From Nostoc sp. (lineage in GTDB: Bacteria > Cyanobacteriota > Cyanobacteriia > Cyanobacteriales > Nostocaceae), in the NCBI GenBank assembly GCA_036918135.1, contig JBALDB010000018.1, positions 88,113 through 152,112 of the forward strand: a stretch of 64,000 bases of DNA, written 5' to 3'. The notes under the pieces are model-generated. The model saw only the letters and a program-made list of their open reading frames with translations. It had not been told where the DNA came from and did not search any database. Positions 52,273 through 63,819 of this stretch are shown here, piece after piece. The position numbers and the translations under genes were made by a program. Position 1 is the stretch's first letter; every line of letters begins with the position of its first letter.

Positions 52273-53286
52273 GTGATTAGAGTTGCAATCAACGGTTTCG
52301 GACGTATTGGACGTAACTTTGCGCGTTGCTGGGTGGGTAGAGAGAATAGCAAGCTCGACCTTGTAGCTATCAATGACACATCAGACCCTAGAACCAATGC
52401 TCACCTGCTAAGGTACGACTCAATGCTAGGGAAGTTAAAGGATGTTGACATTACTGCTGATGATAACTCCATCATCATTAACGGTAAGACCGTTAAGTGC
52501 GTATCCGACCGCAACCCAGAAAACTTGCCCTGGAAAGATTGGGAAATTGACCTAATTATCGAAGCAACGGGGGTATTTACCAGCAAAGAAGGAGCGCTTA
52601 AGCATGTAAATGCTGGAGCTAAGAAAGTTCTGATCACCGCTCCTGGGAAAAATGAGGATGGTACCTTTGTGGTTGGTGTGAATCATCATGACTATGACCA
52701 CAACAAACACCACATCATCAGTAACGCCAGTTGTACTACCAACTGCTTGGCTCCCATTGCCAAAGTGTTGAATGATAAATTCAACATCATTAAAGGCACG
52801 ATGACCACCACCCATAGCTATACAGGTGACCAGCGCTTACTAGACGCTTCTCACCGGGATTTGCGACGGGCGAGAGCCGCAGCCATCAACATTGTACCCA
52901 CCTCCACTGGTGCGGCAAAAGCAGTGGCACTGGTAATCCCAGAACTCAAAGGCAAGCTGAATGGCGTTGCTTTACGCGTACCCACCCCGAACGTTTCAAT
53001 GGTAGATTTCGTAGTTCAAGTTGAGAAGCGTACTATTACTGAAGAAGTTAACCAAGCTCTCAAAGATGCTTCTGAAGGTTCACTCAAGGGCATCTTGGAC
53101 TACAGCGAACTACAACTAGTTTCGTCAGATTATCAAGGTACTGACGCTTCCTCAATTGTTGATGCCAGCTTGACTTTAGTTATGGGCAATGATTTAGTAA
53201 AAGTTATGGCTTGGTATGACAACGAGTGGGGCTATAGCCAACGAGTTTTGGATTTAGCGGAATTGGTCGCCGAGAAGTGGCAATAA
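52273..53286 (+). CDS. gap2: NAD(P)-dependent glyceraldehyde-3-phosphate dehydrogenase
   Basis: [16 protein letters not shown] and [11 protein letters not shown] (photosynthetic type); GTG start. Confidence 0.93.
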   Translation: MIRVAINGFGRIGRNFARCWVGRENSKLDLVAINDTSDPRTNAHLLRYDSMLGKLKDVDITADDNSIIINGKTVKCVSDRNPENLPWKDWEIDLIIEATGVFTSKEGALKHVNAGAKKVLITAPGKNEDGTFVVGVNHHDYDHNKHHIISNASCTTNCLAPIAKVLNDKFNIIKGTMTTTHSYTGDQRLLDASHRDLRRARAAAINIVPTSTGAAKAVALVIPELKGKLNGVALRVPTPNVSMVDFVVQVEKRTITEEVNQALKDASEGSLKGILDYSELQLVSSDYQGTDASSIVDASLTLVMGNDLVKVMAWYDNEWGYSQRVLDLAELVAEKWQ

Positions 53287-53355
53287 ATTTAGTCATTAGT
53301 TATTGGTCATTAGTCATTAGTTTTAAACAAATGACGAAGGACAAATGACAAAGGA

Positions 53356-54405
53356 CTAATCACCAAAATGTTGAAATCCCTGGCTAAGAGTGAGAACTTG
53401 GTCGGGGAATTTTTTTTGTTCGTCGTGCAACAGTATTGTAGAATCTGGTGTAATTCTGCCAACGATCGCAGCACCTTCACCAAGATGTTCCACTAAAGCT
53501 GATGCTGGTTGTTGTGGTAAGCACAGTACTAGTTCAAAGTCTTCGCCACCGTATAAAGCATATTCCAGCGCTTGCTCTGGTGTCAGCCAATGGTCAAAAG
53601 CTGTTGGTAAGGAAATTCGTCTAAGTTCTAAGACCGCACCAACGCCGCTGGCGCGACAAATTTGGATTACTGCATCTGCCAAACCGTCGCTGCTATCCAT
53701 ACCAGCAACAGGAATTTTGGATTTGAGATTTGGGACTTCGGCTTCGCTCAGTCGAACGATTTGGAATTGGGAATTTAAGATTTTTTCGAGGATGGGTAAG
53801 ACATCTAATCGTGGCTGTGGACGCTGGTGTGCGTTGATTAAAGCCGTCTTTTGTTCGGGGTTGAGGTTTTGTCCTAATTCAGGATGCAAGAGCAATTCTA
53901 AGCCAGCTCTTGAGGCTCCATGAACACCTGTAACGACGATCGCATCTCCGGCAACAGCAGCAGAACGGCGGATAATTCGACTGGGGTGAACTTGACCAAA
54001 AGCGGTAATTGCCAAAGTAGTCACGGGCGATCGTACCACATCACCCCCGACAATTGGGGTATTGTACTTTTGCAGGCATTGTGTCATTCCCTGATATAAA
54101 TTTTCGACCCAATTCACGCTCAAATCTCCAGGAAGTCCCAGTCCTACTGTAATGCCCAACGGGGAAGCACCCATCGCTGCCAAATCTGACAAATTTGCAG
54201 CCGCAGCACGCCAACCTGCATCTTGTGGGGAAGTGGTTAGGTTGCTAAAATGCACACCGTCAACCAGCATATCTGTTGTGACGACTAAAGATTGCTCTGG
54301 TTCCGTCACCAATACCGCTGCATCATCACCAATAATCTCTGGGGGACAGAAACGCTGTAATCTGGCTAAAAGACCTTGTTCGCCAATATCTTTGACTTTA
54401 GTCAT
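53356..54405 (-). CDS. thiL: Thiamine-monophosphate kinase
   Basis: GDDAA, NLSDLAAMG, DSSDGL and GGEDFEL motifs. Confidence 0.95.
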   Translation of the reverse strand: MTKVKDIGEQGLLARLQRFCPPEIIGDDAAVLVTEPEQSLVVTTDMLVDGVHFSNLTTSPQDAGWRAAAANLSDLAAMGASPLGITVGLGLPGDLSVNWVENLYQGMTQCLQKYNTPIVGGDVVRSPVTTLAITAFGQVHPSRIIRRSAAVAGDAIVVTGVHGASRAGLELLLHPELGQNLNPEQKTALINAHQRPQPRLDVLPILEKILNSQFQIVRLSEAEVPNLKSKIPVAGMDSSDGLADAVIQICRASGVGAVLELRRISLPTAFDHWLTPEQALEYALYGGEDFELVLCLPQQPASALVEHLGEGAAIVGRITPDSTILLHDEQKKFPDQVLTLSQGFQHFGD

Positions 54406-54512
54406 TTATTCATTAGTCATTTGTCATTAGTTGTTCTCCCCCTGTCCCCCTGCCTCTCCATCTCCCTACTCCTTCAAGTTACGATAAAGTTATCGTCTAG
54501 GGGGATGTTGGA

Positions 54513-55085
54513 ATGGTCTCTATACCAGTAACAAAGCTCACATTTGAAGAGTACTTAACTTATGATGATGGCTGTGGTTTCCACTACGAGCTGGTAGATG
54601 GCAGGCTGGAATTAATGAATCCCCCTACAATTCAACATTTCTTGATTACTAAATTTATTGAGCAGATGCTGGATGCAGAAATTCAGCGCTTGGGTTTACC
54701 TTGGTTAACTTTTCGGGAAACTGGGACGAGAACGGGGAAAAATAAGTCTAGGTTAACTGACTTGTCTGTGGTGAAACAGGAGCAAGCAAGAGAATTGATT
54801 AATGCCTCAGCAGTCTTTGAGTCACCACCATTATTAATTGTAGAGGTAGTCAGTCCAGATTCTATCAAGCGGGACTATCGTTATAAGCGGTCTGAATATG
54901 CGGCGGTTGAAGTGCCAGAATATTGGATTGTAGACCCACTAAACGAAAAGATTTCTGTACTGTGGCTGGAAGAAGGATTTTACGAAGAGACGGTGCTTAC
55001 TGGCGACCAGCAAATTGGATCGCGGACTTTTCCAGAAATAGCGATCGCAGCCGATAAAGTGTTTAGCGCTGGCAATCTCAGTTAG
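54513..55085 (+). CDS. Uma2-family protein
   Basis: YELVDG, IVEVVSP and PEYWIVDP motifs. Confidence 0.9.
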   Translation: MVSIPVTKLTFEEYLTYDDGCGFHYELVDGRLELMNPPTIQHFLITKFIEQMLDAEIQRLGLPWLTFRETGTRTGKNKSRLTDLSVVKQEQARELINASAVFESPPLLIVEVVSPDSIKRDYRYKRSEYAAVEVPEYWIVDPLNEKISVLWLEEGFYEETVLTGDQQIGSRTFPEIAIAADKVFSAGNLS

Positions 55086-55159
55086 GGGAATTTAGGAGTT
55101 AAGAGTTAGGAATTAGAAGTTTTACTTTCCTCATCTCCCCCATCTTCCCCTACTCTCTG

Positions 55160-56266
55160 TTATGCTGTTTGCGGCTCAACCAAATTTTCTATGCCCTGAA
55201 CCACGGTTGCCGATTCAATTTTGTCGCCTGCTTTGAGTTTATCCAAAACTTCTTTACCCTCAGTAAGATAGCCAAAAACGCTATAGCGACCATCTAATAG
55301 GTTACGTCCGGCAGGAGTAAGTTCTGGTTCAAACAGAAAGAAGAAAAACTGCGAAGAACCTCCGTTCACTTCACTTTCCGGACGAGCCATCACTACTGCA
55401 CCAAAAGCAGAAAAAGGTAAAACTGGCATATCAGTGTAACGACCAGCTTGTTCTAGGGTAATGCCATAGGTAGGCTTTTTGTCTCCTTCAACCAAAACTT
55501 CTAAAGGAATGGCGCGGTATTTGCCTGTTTTTGGGTCAATAAAACCCACTTCTTTTCCAGGTGGATCTCCAGTTTGCAGAAAGTAAGATTCTTCTGAACG
55601 GGTAAATTCTAAGCCATTATAAAAACCCTTCTGCACTAAATCTACAAAATTCCCAGCAGTGACAGGGGCGCTATAACCATCTACGACAACGGTGAGGTTG
55701 CCTTTATTGGTTTTTAAATCCACCGTGGCACGACCTTTAAGTTGTGGCAAGTTACTGTACTCAGCTGGGACTTCAAACGGAAATTCCTTTACCATTGACT
55801 GTTCTAGCTCAGTGATAAGATTTAGCAGTTTAGTTCTCTGTTGCAAAATTTGTTCTTTCTCTTTACTGTTCGCCAATTCTTGCAGGTTAACTACACCAGA
55901 TTTCAACTCGTTAATCCAAGCTTCTGCTTGGGGTTGGCGTTCTTGGGGAACACTTGCTAGGATTTGGGAAGGTTTATCGAGAATGCGGGATGCTTGGCTG
56001 ATGTCTTTGGAAATAGCACCCCAGCGACGATTTGCCCGCAGTTGGCTAGAGATGTCCTCTAAACTAGCTTGTAGTTGCCGCACAGGTTTGTTATCTATTG
56101 GGAGTGCATACCGTAACAAAGCATTACCGTCAGTAATTGCATTGCCAGCTGGTAGCGCGGCGCTACTAGAGGGAGTCCACCCAGCTGTAGTTATGCCTAA
56201 AAATATTGTTACCAGCAGTATTGCTATTAGGCTGTTCTTCAGCCAGGATTTTAATAAGTTAAGCAT
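55160..56266 (-). CDS. Cyclophilin-type peptidyl-prolyl isomerase (TLP40/CYP38-like)
   Basis: Signal peptide, helical bundle, DGYSAPVTAGNF and LDGRYSVFGY. Confidence 0.9.
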   Translation of the reverse strand: MLNLLKSWLKNSLIAILLVTIFLGITTAGWTPSSSAALPAGNAITDGNALLRYALPIDNKPVRQLQASLEDISSQLRANRRWGAISKDISQASRILDKPSQILASVPQERQPQAEAWINELKSGVVNLQELANSKEKEQILQQRTKLLNLITELEQSMVKEFPFEVPAEYSNLPQLKGRATVDLKTNKGNLTVVVDGYSAPVTAGNFVDLVQKGFYNGLEFTRSEESYFLQTGDPPGKEVGFIDPKTGKYRAIPLEVLVEGDKKPTYGITLEQAGRYTDMPVLPFSAFGAVVMARPESEVNGGSSQFFFFLFEPELTPAGRNLLDGRYSVFGYLTEGKEVLDKLKAGDKIESATVVQGIENLVEPQTA

Positions 56267-56636
56267 GGAATAACTCAAATGCAGCATTGATATTGTTGAC
56301 TGGACGTAGCCCATCAATAATCTTCCCACAGTAGGAGTACGCAGTACCCAATACTGAATGCTGAGTGAAAAAATGAGGCAGATGTAGTTCGACTTCGCGG
56401 TAGTTGAATCTCGACTTCGCTCGATTTATTGCGTAGTCGAGATTCACTAACCGGGAAATGGACGAGATTACGCCCACCACCTCACCACTTCTAACACCTA
56501 AATCCTTACTCTTAACTGGGCACTGGGCAATCACAATGCTCCATGCCCTATAACTAAATAGCGAACAACTAATGACTAATTACTCCGCTTGAAGGGTACA
56601 ATAAATGCCGATTGTCTTGCAAAACTTGAAAGTTTC

Positions 56637-57194
56637 ATGATCTCCAGCAACGACTTCCGACCTGGTGTCTCAATTGTATTAGATGGATCTGTATGGCGAG
56701 TGGTAGAATTCCTCCACGTTAAGCCAGGGAAAGGTTCCGCCTTTGTACGAACTAAACTGAAAAATGTTCAGAACGGGAGTGTGGTAGAAAGAACCTTCCG
56801 GGCAGGGGAAACAGTACCCCAAGCCACCTTAGAAAAAAGCACGATGCAGCATACCTATAAAGAAGGCGATGAGTTTGTCTTTATGGATATGGAAACCTAT
56901 GAAGAAGGCAGATTGAGTGCAGCACAAATTGGCGATCGCGTAAAATACCTCAAGGAAGGTATGGAAGCTAACGTCATCCGTTGGGGCGAACAAGTTCTAG
57001 AAGTGGAACTGCCAAACTCTGTAGTTCTAGAAGTCGTGCAAACAGATCCAGGTGTAAAAGGTGACACTGCTACAGGTGGTACTAAGCCAGCTATTCTCGA
57101 AACTGGTGCGACTGTGATGGTTCCTTTATTTATTTCCCAAGGAGAACGCATCAAAATTGATACCCGTGATGATAAATATTTAGGCAGGGAATAA
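56637..57194 (+). CDS. efp: Elongation factor P
   Basis: [12 protein letters not shown] and PGVKGDT motifs. Confidence 0.97.
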   Translation: MISSNDFRPGVSIVLDGSVWRVVEFLHVKPGKGSAFVRTKLKNVQNGSVVERTFRAGETVPQATLEKSTMQHTYKEGDEFVFMDMETYEEGRLSAAQIGDRVKYLKEGMEANVIRWGEQVLEVELPNSVVLEVVQTDPGVKGDTATGGTKPAILETGATVMVPLFISQGERIKIDTRDDKYLGRE

Positions 57195-57222
57195 GTTTGG
57201 ATTCCGATCTCAACAAATCCCG

Positions 57223-57260
57223 ATTTCAATCCCTATTTAGGGATTAAATCCCTGCCACAC
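57223..57260. repeat. Solitary CRISPR-repeat-like unit (no array)
   Basis: ATTTCAATCCCTATTTAGGGATTAAATCCCTGCCACAC: 38 bp with an AATCCCTA/TAGGGATT hairpin, resembling cyanobacterial GTTTCAATCCCT-AT-AGGGATT repeats. Confidence 0.5.
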
Positions 57261-57302
57261 TTGAAAATGCTAATTTACGGATAGGTCGAGGTAATAAAAA
57301 CT

Positions 57303-57860
57303 GTGCCATTGGACTTTAATGAAATCCGCCAACTACTGGTAACTATTGCACAAACTGACATTGCAGAAGTCACACTCAAAAGCAATGACTTTGAACTAAC
57401 AGTACGTAAGGCTGTGAGCATCAGCAATCACATGTTGGCGGTAGGTCAAGCGACCTCAAGTGGTGTGGTAGGTTCGGGCTTGTCATCGGGTTTACCTACA
57501 GCAAACCAGATGGCTACAAGTCAGGTAACAGAGGTGGCGACAGGTCGCCTGTTTGAAAATGCTGCATCTGGAACACAATTACAGTTGTCAGTTAATCCCC
57601 CCTCAACCATTGACCAGAGATTAGTAGAAGTGCCTTCCCCGATGGTAGGGACATTTTATCGCGCTCCTGCACCAGGCGAAGCACCATTCGTGGAAGTGGG
57701 CGATCGCGTCCGCAAGGGTCAAGCAGTCTGTATCATTGAGGCCATGAAGCTGATGAATGAAATCGAAGCCGAAGTCTCTGGGCAAGTGATGGAAATTCTG
57801 CTGCAAAATGGTGAACCAGTAGAATATGGTCAACCTTTGATGCGAATTAACCCTGATTAA
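57303..57860 (+). CDS. accB: Biotin carboxyl carrier protein
   Basis: SPMVGTFY and IIEAMKLMNEI motifs. Confidence 0.96.
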   Translation: MPLDFNEIRQLLVTIAQTDIAEVTLKSNDFELTVRKAVSISNHMLAVGQATSSGVVGSGLSSGLPTANQMATSQVTEVATGRLFENAASGTQLQLSVNPPSTIDQRLVEVPSPMVGTFYRAPAPGEAPFVEVGDRVRKGQAVCIIEAMKLMNEIEAEVSGQVMEILLQNGEPVEYGQPLMRINPD

Positions 57861-57922
57861 GTATTAATCTATATATCAAATGACTCATCGTTAAAACTTT
57901 CAAACCTTACGGGTTAATCCTG

Positions 57923-58270
57923 ATGAAACAAACGTTGCCTTTACCACCAGAAGTGGTGCAACAAGTAGCTGAATACTTCAGCCTGTTAAGTGAGCCAATG
58001 CGTCTGCGGCTGCTACACTTACTACAGGATGAAGAAAAATGCGTGCAAGAGTTGGTAGAGGCAACACAGACTTCTCAGGCAAACGTGTCAAAGCACCTGA
58101 AGGTAATGTGGCAAGCAGGAATCCTTAGCCGCCGCAGTGAAGGAACTTGCGCCTATTATAGAGTAGAAGATCAAATGATTTTTGAGTTGTGTAATCGGGT
58201 TTGCGATCGCCTCGCCACAAGGTTAGAACAGCAAGCCCGTAACTTTCGTGTCTTGAATACTAAACGGTAA
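57923..58270 (+). CDS. ArsR/SmtB-family regulator
   Basis: LSEPMRLRLL and SQANVSKHL motifs. Confidence 0.92.
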   Translation: MKQTLPLPPEVVQQVAEYFSLLSEPMRLRLLHLLQDEEKCVQELVEATQTSQANVSKHLKVMWQAGILSRRSEGTCAYYRVEDQMIFELCNRVCDRLATRLEQQARNFRVLNTKR

Positions 58271-58342
58271 GTCCTTTGTTATTTGTCTTTTGTCATTTGT
58301 CCAAAACTAATGACTAACGACTAATAGACCAATAACCAATGA

Positions 58343-58954
58343 CTAAAGCGGATAGTTTTTGTCAAAGCTTTCACGAGTTAGTGGTTGTTCTAACTCTACA
58401 CCTTCACCGCCCAAAACATCTAAAGGTTTACTGTTTATGTCAATGTACACTTTAGCTTTAGGATTTAAAGTTGTTGCAGTATAAACAACTTGTCCCACGC
58501 GACCCATCATTGAGTCACTACCGCCACCGCTGGTAAATTCTTCAGATAAGTTAACCCGAACTTCATCATTGTCTGCTTTTAGACCTAATAATTTGGTCCC
58601 CTTGGGGATAGTTGTAGAATCTGTCCCTTCTGTCGGCCCTGCTAACAAGCTTTGGAAAGCTGTTTCTAAAGCTTGGTTGGGTCGTATAGCTGCTACTCTT
58701 ACAGGTTGGGGAACCAAAGCAATATTTTTATCCTTTGGTCTTAGCCAATAAACGTTAGCAGTTTGCTCATTGTTTTGCTGCCTAGTTGATGGCTGTGCTG
58801 GTTGTTGGATACGTTCAGAGGGTTTTGTTGGTGTGGGAGCATTATTAGATTGTGAAGTTAACCAAGCCACACCGCCACCCACCGCTACAACTGCTGCTGA
58901 GACAGCTGCAATTATGCCTGGAGAAATACGATTAGATCCTTGTTGGTCTTTCAT
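58343..58954 (-). CDS. GerMN-domain membrane-anchored protein
   Basis: N-terminal TM helix, LLAGP, IPKGT, FTSGGGS and QVVYTAT. Confidence 0.87.
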   Translation of the reverse strand: MKDQQGSNRISPGIIAAVSAAVVAVGGGVAWLTSQSNNAPTPTKPSERIQQPAQPSTRQQNNEQTANVYWLRPKDKNIALVPQPVRVAAIRPNQALETAFQSLLAGPTEGTDSTTIPKGTKLLGLKADNDEVRVNLSEEFTSGGGSDSMMGRVGQVVYTATTLNPKAKVYIDINSKPLDVLGGEGVELEQPLTRESFDKNYPL

Positions 58955-59297
58955 GTTCAAAACCTTCCTGACTGAGGGCTGAGATGGTAGTTATGTGAGG
59001 AGCAGCCTGGTTAAAGACGATACGGGGAAGTGGAGAGTTTCCTACAATTTAGAGGAGCTTTGATACCTCAAAATCCAATTATTTTTAATTTTGCAAATCC
59101 CTAGTTGGATTTTAGAATTTACACTTCTAATCCGTCACCTGCCAAATTATGTAAATCTTATTCTTACTGGAGATGATTGAAGATTGAATTTACAACGCAG
59201 AGGAACGCTGAGGATAACGCAAAGGAACGCGAAGTATTATTACAAAAGTCTTGAGTGAAGGAAGAAGTAATTCTGCGAACCTCTGCGCGAATGATGT

Positions 59298-61112
59298 TTA
59301 ATTTTTCACTTCTATTGCGGTGGTAATCCATTTATGAAGTGTGGTTGTAAGTTCATCAATGGGTATTTCTTGAGATTTACGGGTAGCTCTGTCTACAACT
59401 TCGACTTTACCATTGGCGATCGCTCGTCCGGTGACAATTCTGTATGGTATGCCTATCAAGTCTGCATCTTTGAATTTCACTCCAGCTCGTTCATCGCGGT
59501 CATCGAGTAAGGTTTCTATTCCGGCATGATTGAGTTGTGTGTAAAGTTTTTCGGCGATTTCGACTTGTTGAGCATCATTAATATTAGGAATTGTGACAAT
59601 CGCGTGGTAAGGTGCGATGCTAACAGGCCAAATAATCCCATCTTTATCGTAAGATTGCTCGACGGCAGCTTGGGCTAAACGGGATACGCCTATACCAAAA
59701 CAACCCATGACTAGCGGCTTTTCTTCACCCTGTTCATTGGTATAAGTTGCTCCCATCACTTGTGAATATTTAGTGCCTAATTGGAAGATGTGACCTGCTT
59801 CAATTCCCCTGGCGCTTTGTAGGAGTTGTTCTGGGTTATGGATGGCGCGATCGCCTGGTCTAGCCTTCCGCACATCCACTACTCGCTCTGGTAATTTAAA
59901 CTGCTCGTTCCAGTTAGCACCGACTACATGAAAGTCAGCCTCATTTGCCCCTGTAACAAAGTTTTTTAAATCAACGGCTGTTCGATCTACCAAGCGTAAA
60001 AATTTGGGATGGATTTGTTGATTGGCGGCAATATAATCATCTGCGATGTCTGGCGCAATGTAGCCTAAAGGCAGAGATTTCGCCGTCCATGTTTGCTGCG
60101 CTTGGGAATTTGGTACGCTCAAACTAATAATAGTTGTAGCCTTATAGTCAGAAGCTAATTTGGTCAATTCATTTTGTAACTTGACCTCATTAACTTCCTG
60201 GTCGCCTCGGATGCTCACCAAAACCAACACCGTCATACCATTGTTATAAAGTGTTTGGTAAAGGACGTTTTTTACCACTTGGGTAGGAGAACATTTGAGG
60301 AATTGAGAGACTGTTTCAATCGTGTCTGTTCCAGGTGTATCGCGTTTCTCATAGCTTGTAAACCGTGAGGGTTCGATATCAGCTGGTAAAGAAACTGCCT
60401 TTTCTACGTTAGCAGCGTATTTACCATCCTCAGTGTAGAGAACTTCGTCTTCGCCAGCTTCCGCCAACACCATAAATTCTGTGGAACCAGAACCACCAAT
60501 AGCACCAGAATCAGCTTCCACTGCCCGAAAAGCTAAACCAGAACGCCGCAGCATATTGCTATAGGCTTGATACATATCCTGGTAAGTTTCTTTGAGGCTG
60601 GCTTCATTGGTATGGAAGGAGTAGCCGTCTTTCATGATGAATTCCCGTCCGCGCATCAAACCAAAGCGTGGACGAATTTCATCGCGGAATTTAGTTTGAA
60701 TTTGGTAGAGATGCAGAGGTAATTGGCGATAGGAGCTAATCATATCACGAGCGATCGCTGTAATTACTTCTTCATGTGTCGGGCCTAATCCTAATTGTTG
60801 CTCGCGGCGGTCAATTAGGGAAAACATAATTCCTTCAGCTTTGGTGTAAGTATCCCAACGTCCCGATTCCTTCCATAAATCAGCGGGTTGTAATTGCGGT
60901 AAAAGACATTCTTGTGCGCCTGTAGCGTTCATTTCTTCACGCACAATTTGAGAAACCTTTTGCAGTACCCGCCACATCAGTGGTAGATAAGCATAGACAC
61001 CGCTACCGATGCGACGAATGTAACCTGCACGTAGTAATAATTTATGGCTGGGAATCTCAGCATCGGCTGGATCGTCCCGCAGTGTAACGAATAACATTTG
61101 TGATAGTCGCAT
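59298..61112 (-). CDS. proS: Proline--tRNA ligase
   Basis: [16 protein letters not shown], insertion editing domain and GIGVSR. Confidence 0.97.
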   Translation of the reverse strand: MRLSQMLFVTLRDDPADAEIPSHKLLLRAGYIRRIGSGVYAYLPLMWRVLQKVSQIVREEMNATGAQECLLPQLQPADLWKESGRWDTYTKAEGIMFSLIDRREQQLGLGPTHEEVITAIARDMISSYRQLPLHLYQIQTKFRDEIRPRFGLMRGREFIMKDGYSFHTNEASLKETYQDMYQAYSNMLRRSGLAFRAVEADSGAIGGSGSTEFMVLAEAGEDEVLYTEDGKYAANVEKAVSLPADIEPSRFTSYEKRDTPGTDTIETVSQFLKCSPTQVVKNVLYQTLYNNGMTVLVLVSIRGDQEVNEVKLQNELTKLASDYKATTIISLSVPNSQAQQTWTAKSLPLGYIAPDIADDYIAANQQIHPKFLRLVDRTAVDLKNFVTGANEADFHVVGANWNEQFKLPERVVDVRKARPGDRAIHNPEQLLQSARGIEAGHIFQLGTKYSQVMGATYTNEQGEEKPLVMGCFGIGVSRLAQAAVEQSYDKDGIIWPVSIAPYHAIVTIPNINDAQQVEIAEKLYTQLNHAGIETLLDDRDERAGVKFKDADLIGIPYRIVTGRAIANGKVEVVDRATRKSQEIPIDELTTTLHKWITTAIEVKN

Positions 61113-61364
61113 CGTTTATTACCTTTCCAAAATCACTAATTTCTATGTCAACTAAAGTATGAATTATCAAGGATGAAGTAAAAAGAAGCATGGGGAAGAG
61201 GATGGGAGGATAAGGGGATAAGGAGATGGGGGGAAAGAAGAATTACTTTCTCCTGGTCAGTGAGAGAAGCCGAACTGCATCTGGCCATCTCCCCACCTCC
61301 TCATCTGGCTATCTCCCTATCTCCCCATCTCCCCACTCCCCAGTTACTTTAGGAGAAAAATACC

Positions 61365-62756
61365 TTGTCTAATGTAATTTATCAAGCACAGCCACCTTTA
61401 GAATTTATTCCTCCAGCGTTCAACCCTTTATTTCTACGAGTCGTCCATCTGTTGTTACCCAGTTGGATAAATTGGCAAACAGCTATTACCAAAATTGAAG
61501 CAGACAACGTAGAAGTTCTGGTAGATCTGTATCGCCAGTTTCAGGAGGGTAAGATCCGTTTTCTGTTGGCTTTTCGCCATCCTAAAACTGACGATCCGCT
61601 TGGTTTGGGCTACTTGCTGTCTCAACTCGTGCCAAAGGTAGCACGATCGCAAGGCACAGCGCTACAACTTCCGATTCACGCTCATTTTATCTACGATCGC
61701 GGCATTCCTCTATGGGCAGGTGCCCATGTTGGTTGGATTTTGTCTCAGCTAGGTGGTACTCCGATTCAACGGGGTAAGGCTGATTGGACGGGGTTACGTT
61801 CGGCGCGTGACTTATTTGTTAATGGGAAATTCCCAATGGCTGCGGCACCAGAAGGTGCTACCAATGGTTTATCGGAAATTATTAGCCCCCTGGAACCTGG
61901 TATTGCCCAGTTAGGCTTTTGGTGTGCAGAGGATTTGCAAAAAGCTGGACGTGACGAACAGGTTTTAATTGTACCAGTTGGGATTAAATATAGTTACGTT
62001 GATGCTCCTTGGGATGCGATCGCCAATCTTTTAAGTGAATTGGAAGCGGCTAGTGGTTTACCTGTGAATCCACCACAACCAAGTAATCTTACTTCTATAG
62101 AATCGCTTTATCCTCGTTTGTTAACTTTGGCAGAGCATTTACTTTCACTGATGGAATTATTTTACACGCGTTTCTATCATCAAAAATTGCCAGATGCAAA
62201 GATTGTTGCCGAACAAATTCCAGATAGAAATCAAGCGTTAGCAGTTCGTTTGCAAGCTTTGTTGAATGCAGCGTTACTAATATCAGAACAGTATTTTTAT
62301 TTGCAGTCCAAAGGTACTTTGAGTGACCGTTGTCGGCGAGTAGAACAAGCTGGCTGGAATTATATATTTAGAGAAGAATTTAAAGATGTTAAAGGAGTAT
62401 CTGCTGTCGAAAAAGCTTTAGGCGATCGGATTGCTGAAGAAGCAAATGCGCGCATGTGGCATATGCGTTTAGTAGAAAGTTTTGTGGCGGTTTCTGGTAA
62501 TTATATTAAAGAAAAACCAACAGTAGAAAGGTTTGCGGAAACAACTCTAATTTTATGGAATATGATTGCTAAAATTGAAGGTTATAAAGTTGTCAAGCGT
62601 CCGCAATTAGGAATACAAAATGTAAAACTTACTGTGGGTGAACCCATATCTATTTCTGAACGTTACCCAACATATAAAGAGAATCGTTTGGGTGCTAGGC
62701 AAGCTGTTGCTGATGTGACGAATGATTTGCAGCACGCGATGGAAGGATTGATTTGA
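61365..62756 (+). CDS. Phospholipid/glycerol acyltransferase-like protein
   Basis: HPKTDD (HxxxxD), APEG and IVPVGI motifs. Confidence 0.82.
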   Translation: MSNVIYQAQPPLEFIPPAFNPLFLRVVHLLLPSWINWQTAITKIEADNVEVLVDLYRQFQEGKIRFLLAFRHPKTDDPLGLGYLLSQLVPKVARSQGTALQLPIHAHFIYDRGIPLWAGAHVGWILSQLGGTPIQRGKADWTGLRSARDLFVNGKFPMAAAPEGATNGLSEIISPLEPGIAQLGFWCAEDLQKAGRDEQVLIVPVGIKYSYVDAPWDAIANLLSELEAASGLPVNPPQPSNLTSIESLYPRLLTLAEHLLSLMELFYTRFYHQKLPDAKIVAEQIPDRNQALAVRLQALLNAALLISEQYFYLQSKGTLSDRCRRVEQAGWNYIFREEFKDVKGVSAVEKALGDRIAEEANARMWHMRLVESFVAVSGNYIKEKPTVERFAETTLILWNMIAKIEGYKVVKRPQLGIQNVKLTVGEPISISERYPTYKENRLGARQAVADVTNDLQHAMEGLI

Positions 62757-62858
62757 CTATAATGGCGAAGTCATTACTCTGCCTCCCAATTACAGTCTAG
62801 AAATTAGCTTTAAGTGTTAATTGCCATCTGATTAGGTAGTTCTTTATCTGAGAAAGCA

Positions 62859-63605
62859 TTAATCAGGTAGTTCGCCAAAGCGTTCTCGGTAACGCTGCAA
62901 TAGTTCTTCTGCTAATTCTCGTTGCTGTCGTTCCTGTTGGGCACGAATACTTTCTTGTTGGGCGCGAATAGTTGCTTGTTGAGCAAGTTCTTCTGGAGTA
63001 AGAAATCTATTACCTTGCTCATCAAACCAGTATAGCCACTCGCGCTGCCATCCTTCATGGATACCTTGACCTCTACCAATTCCCAAGCCTATTTCAGGTA
63101 TCCATGCAGGTTCACCAAGCTGGCGCATATATTCGCCATTTTCTAAGCGATAAACTTCAAAAGGTTCATGTTTATCACGCTGATAATAATCAGGGTTGTA
63201 AATTATATAATACAACACCCCCAATTGAGCGTAATCGGTCTTTTTCTTATCGTATTCTCCCCCGTAAGTTTGGGAAACAACTTCCAATACCAATGTCGGA
63301 GAAACGTTATTTTCTTCTAACAAAACATAGCTTAACCTTCCTTTGGGATCGTTCTTGCGGCGTGGTACTCCCATGCTGAGGAAACCATCGGGAATTATAG
63401 GAGTTCGTCGAATTTGACGTGTACGGTCGTAAATGCCCATATCAACTCCAAAAAACCAGTCCCATCGGTCTTGCCAAATTAAAGCCAAGATTGCTTTTAA
63501 TAAGTTGGGAATCAGGTTTTGTAGTTCATTGTCCACAGGGGTATCGTCGGAGCAAGGTAACTCTTCTGAGGAAGGAAGATACTCAGGTGTGTTGTAGTCT
63601 AGCAT
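62859..63605 (-). CDS. Uma2-family protein with C-terminal coiled coil
   Basis: SDDTPVDNE, IIPDGF and LEVVS motifs. Confidence 0.9.
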   Translation of the reverse strand: MLDYNTPEYLPSSEELPCSDDTPVDNELQNLIPNLLKAILALIWQDRWDWFFGVDMGIYDRTRQIRRTPIIPDGFLSMGVPRRKNDPKGRLSYVLLEENNVSPTLVLEVVSQTYGGEYDKKKTDYAQLGVLYYIIYNPDYYQRDKHEPFEVYRLENGEYMRQLGEPAWIPEIGLGIGRGQGIHEGWQREWLYWFDEQGNRFLTPEELAQQATIRAQQESIRAQQERQQRELAEELLQRYRERFGELPD

Positions 63606-63780
63606 GACGATTTATAGGAAAATCTACTAATAAACCTGCGTTGACTTCACATTAAGGAGGATATCAGTATCAGCGGTAAATAGCAATAATATCTAATTTA
63701 TAGTAAGCTATTATAGAAGTATATTTACTATAGCATTATTTCTAAAAAAGCGAATGTATGGAGATTTCATAAGTATTTAT

Positions 63781-63819
63781 GAAAAGCGCGCTCCCGCAGA
63801 ATGCGGGAGCGCGCTTTTC
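63781..63819. terminator. Perfect 18-bp GC-rich hairpin, terminator-like in both directions
   Basis: gaaaagcgcgctcccgca-gaa-tgcgggagcgcgcttttc. Confidence 0.7.

Noticed and set aside
58994..59002. Yfr1 seed TGTGAGGAG near the GerMN gene
   Set aside because: It is on the strand opposite to that mRNA.
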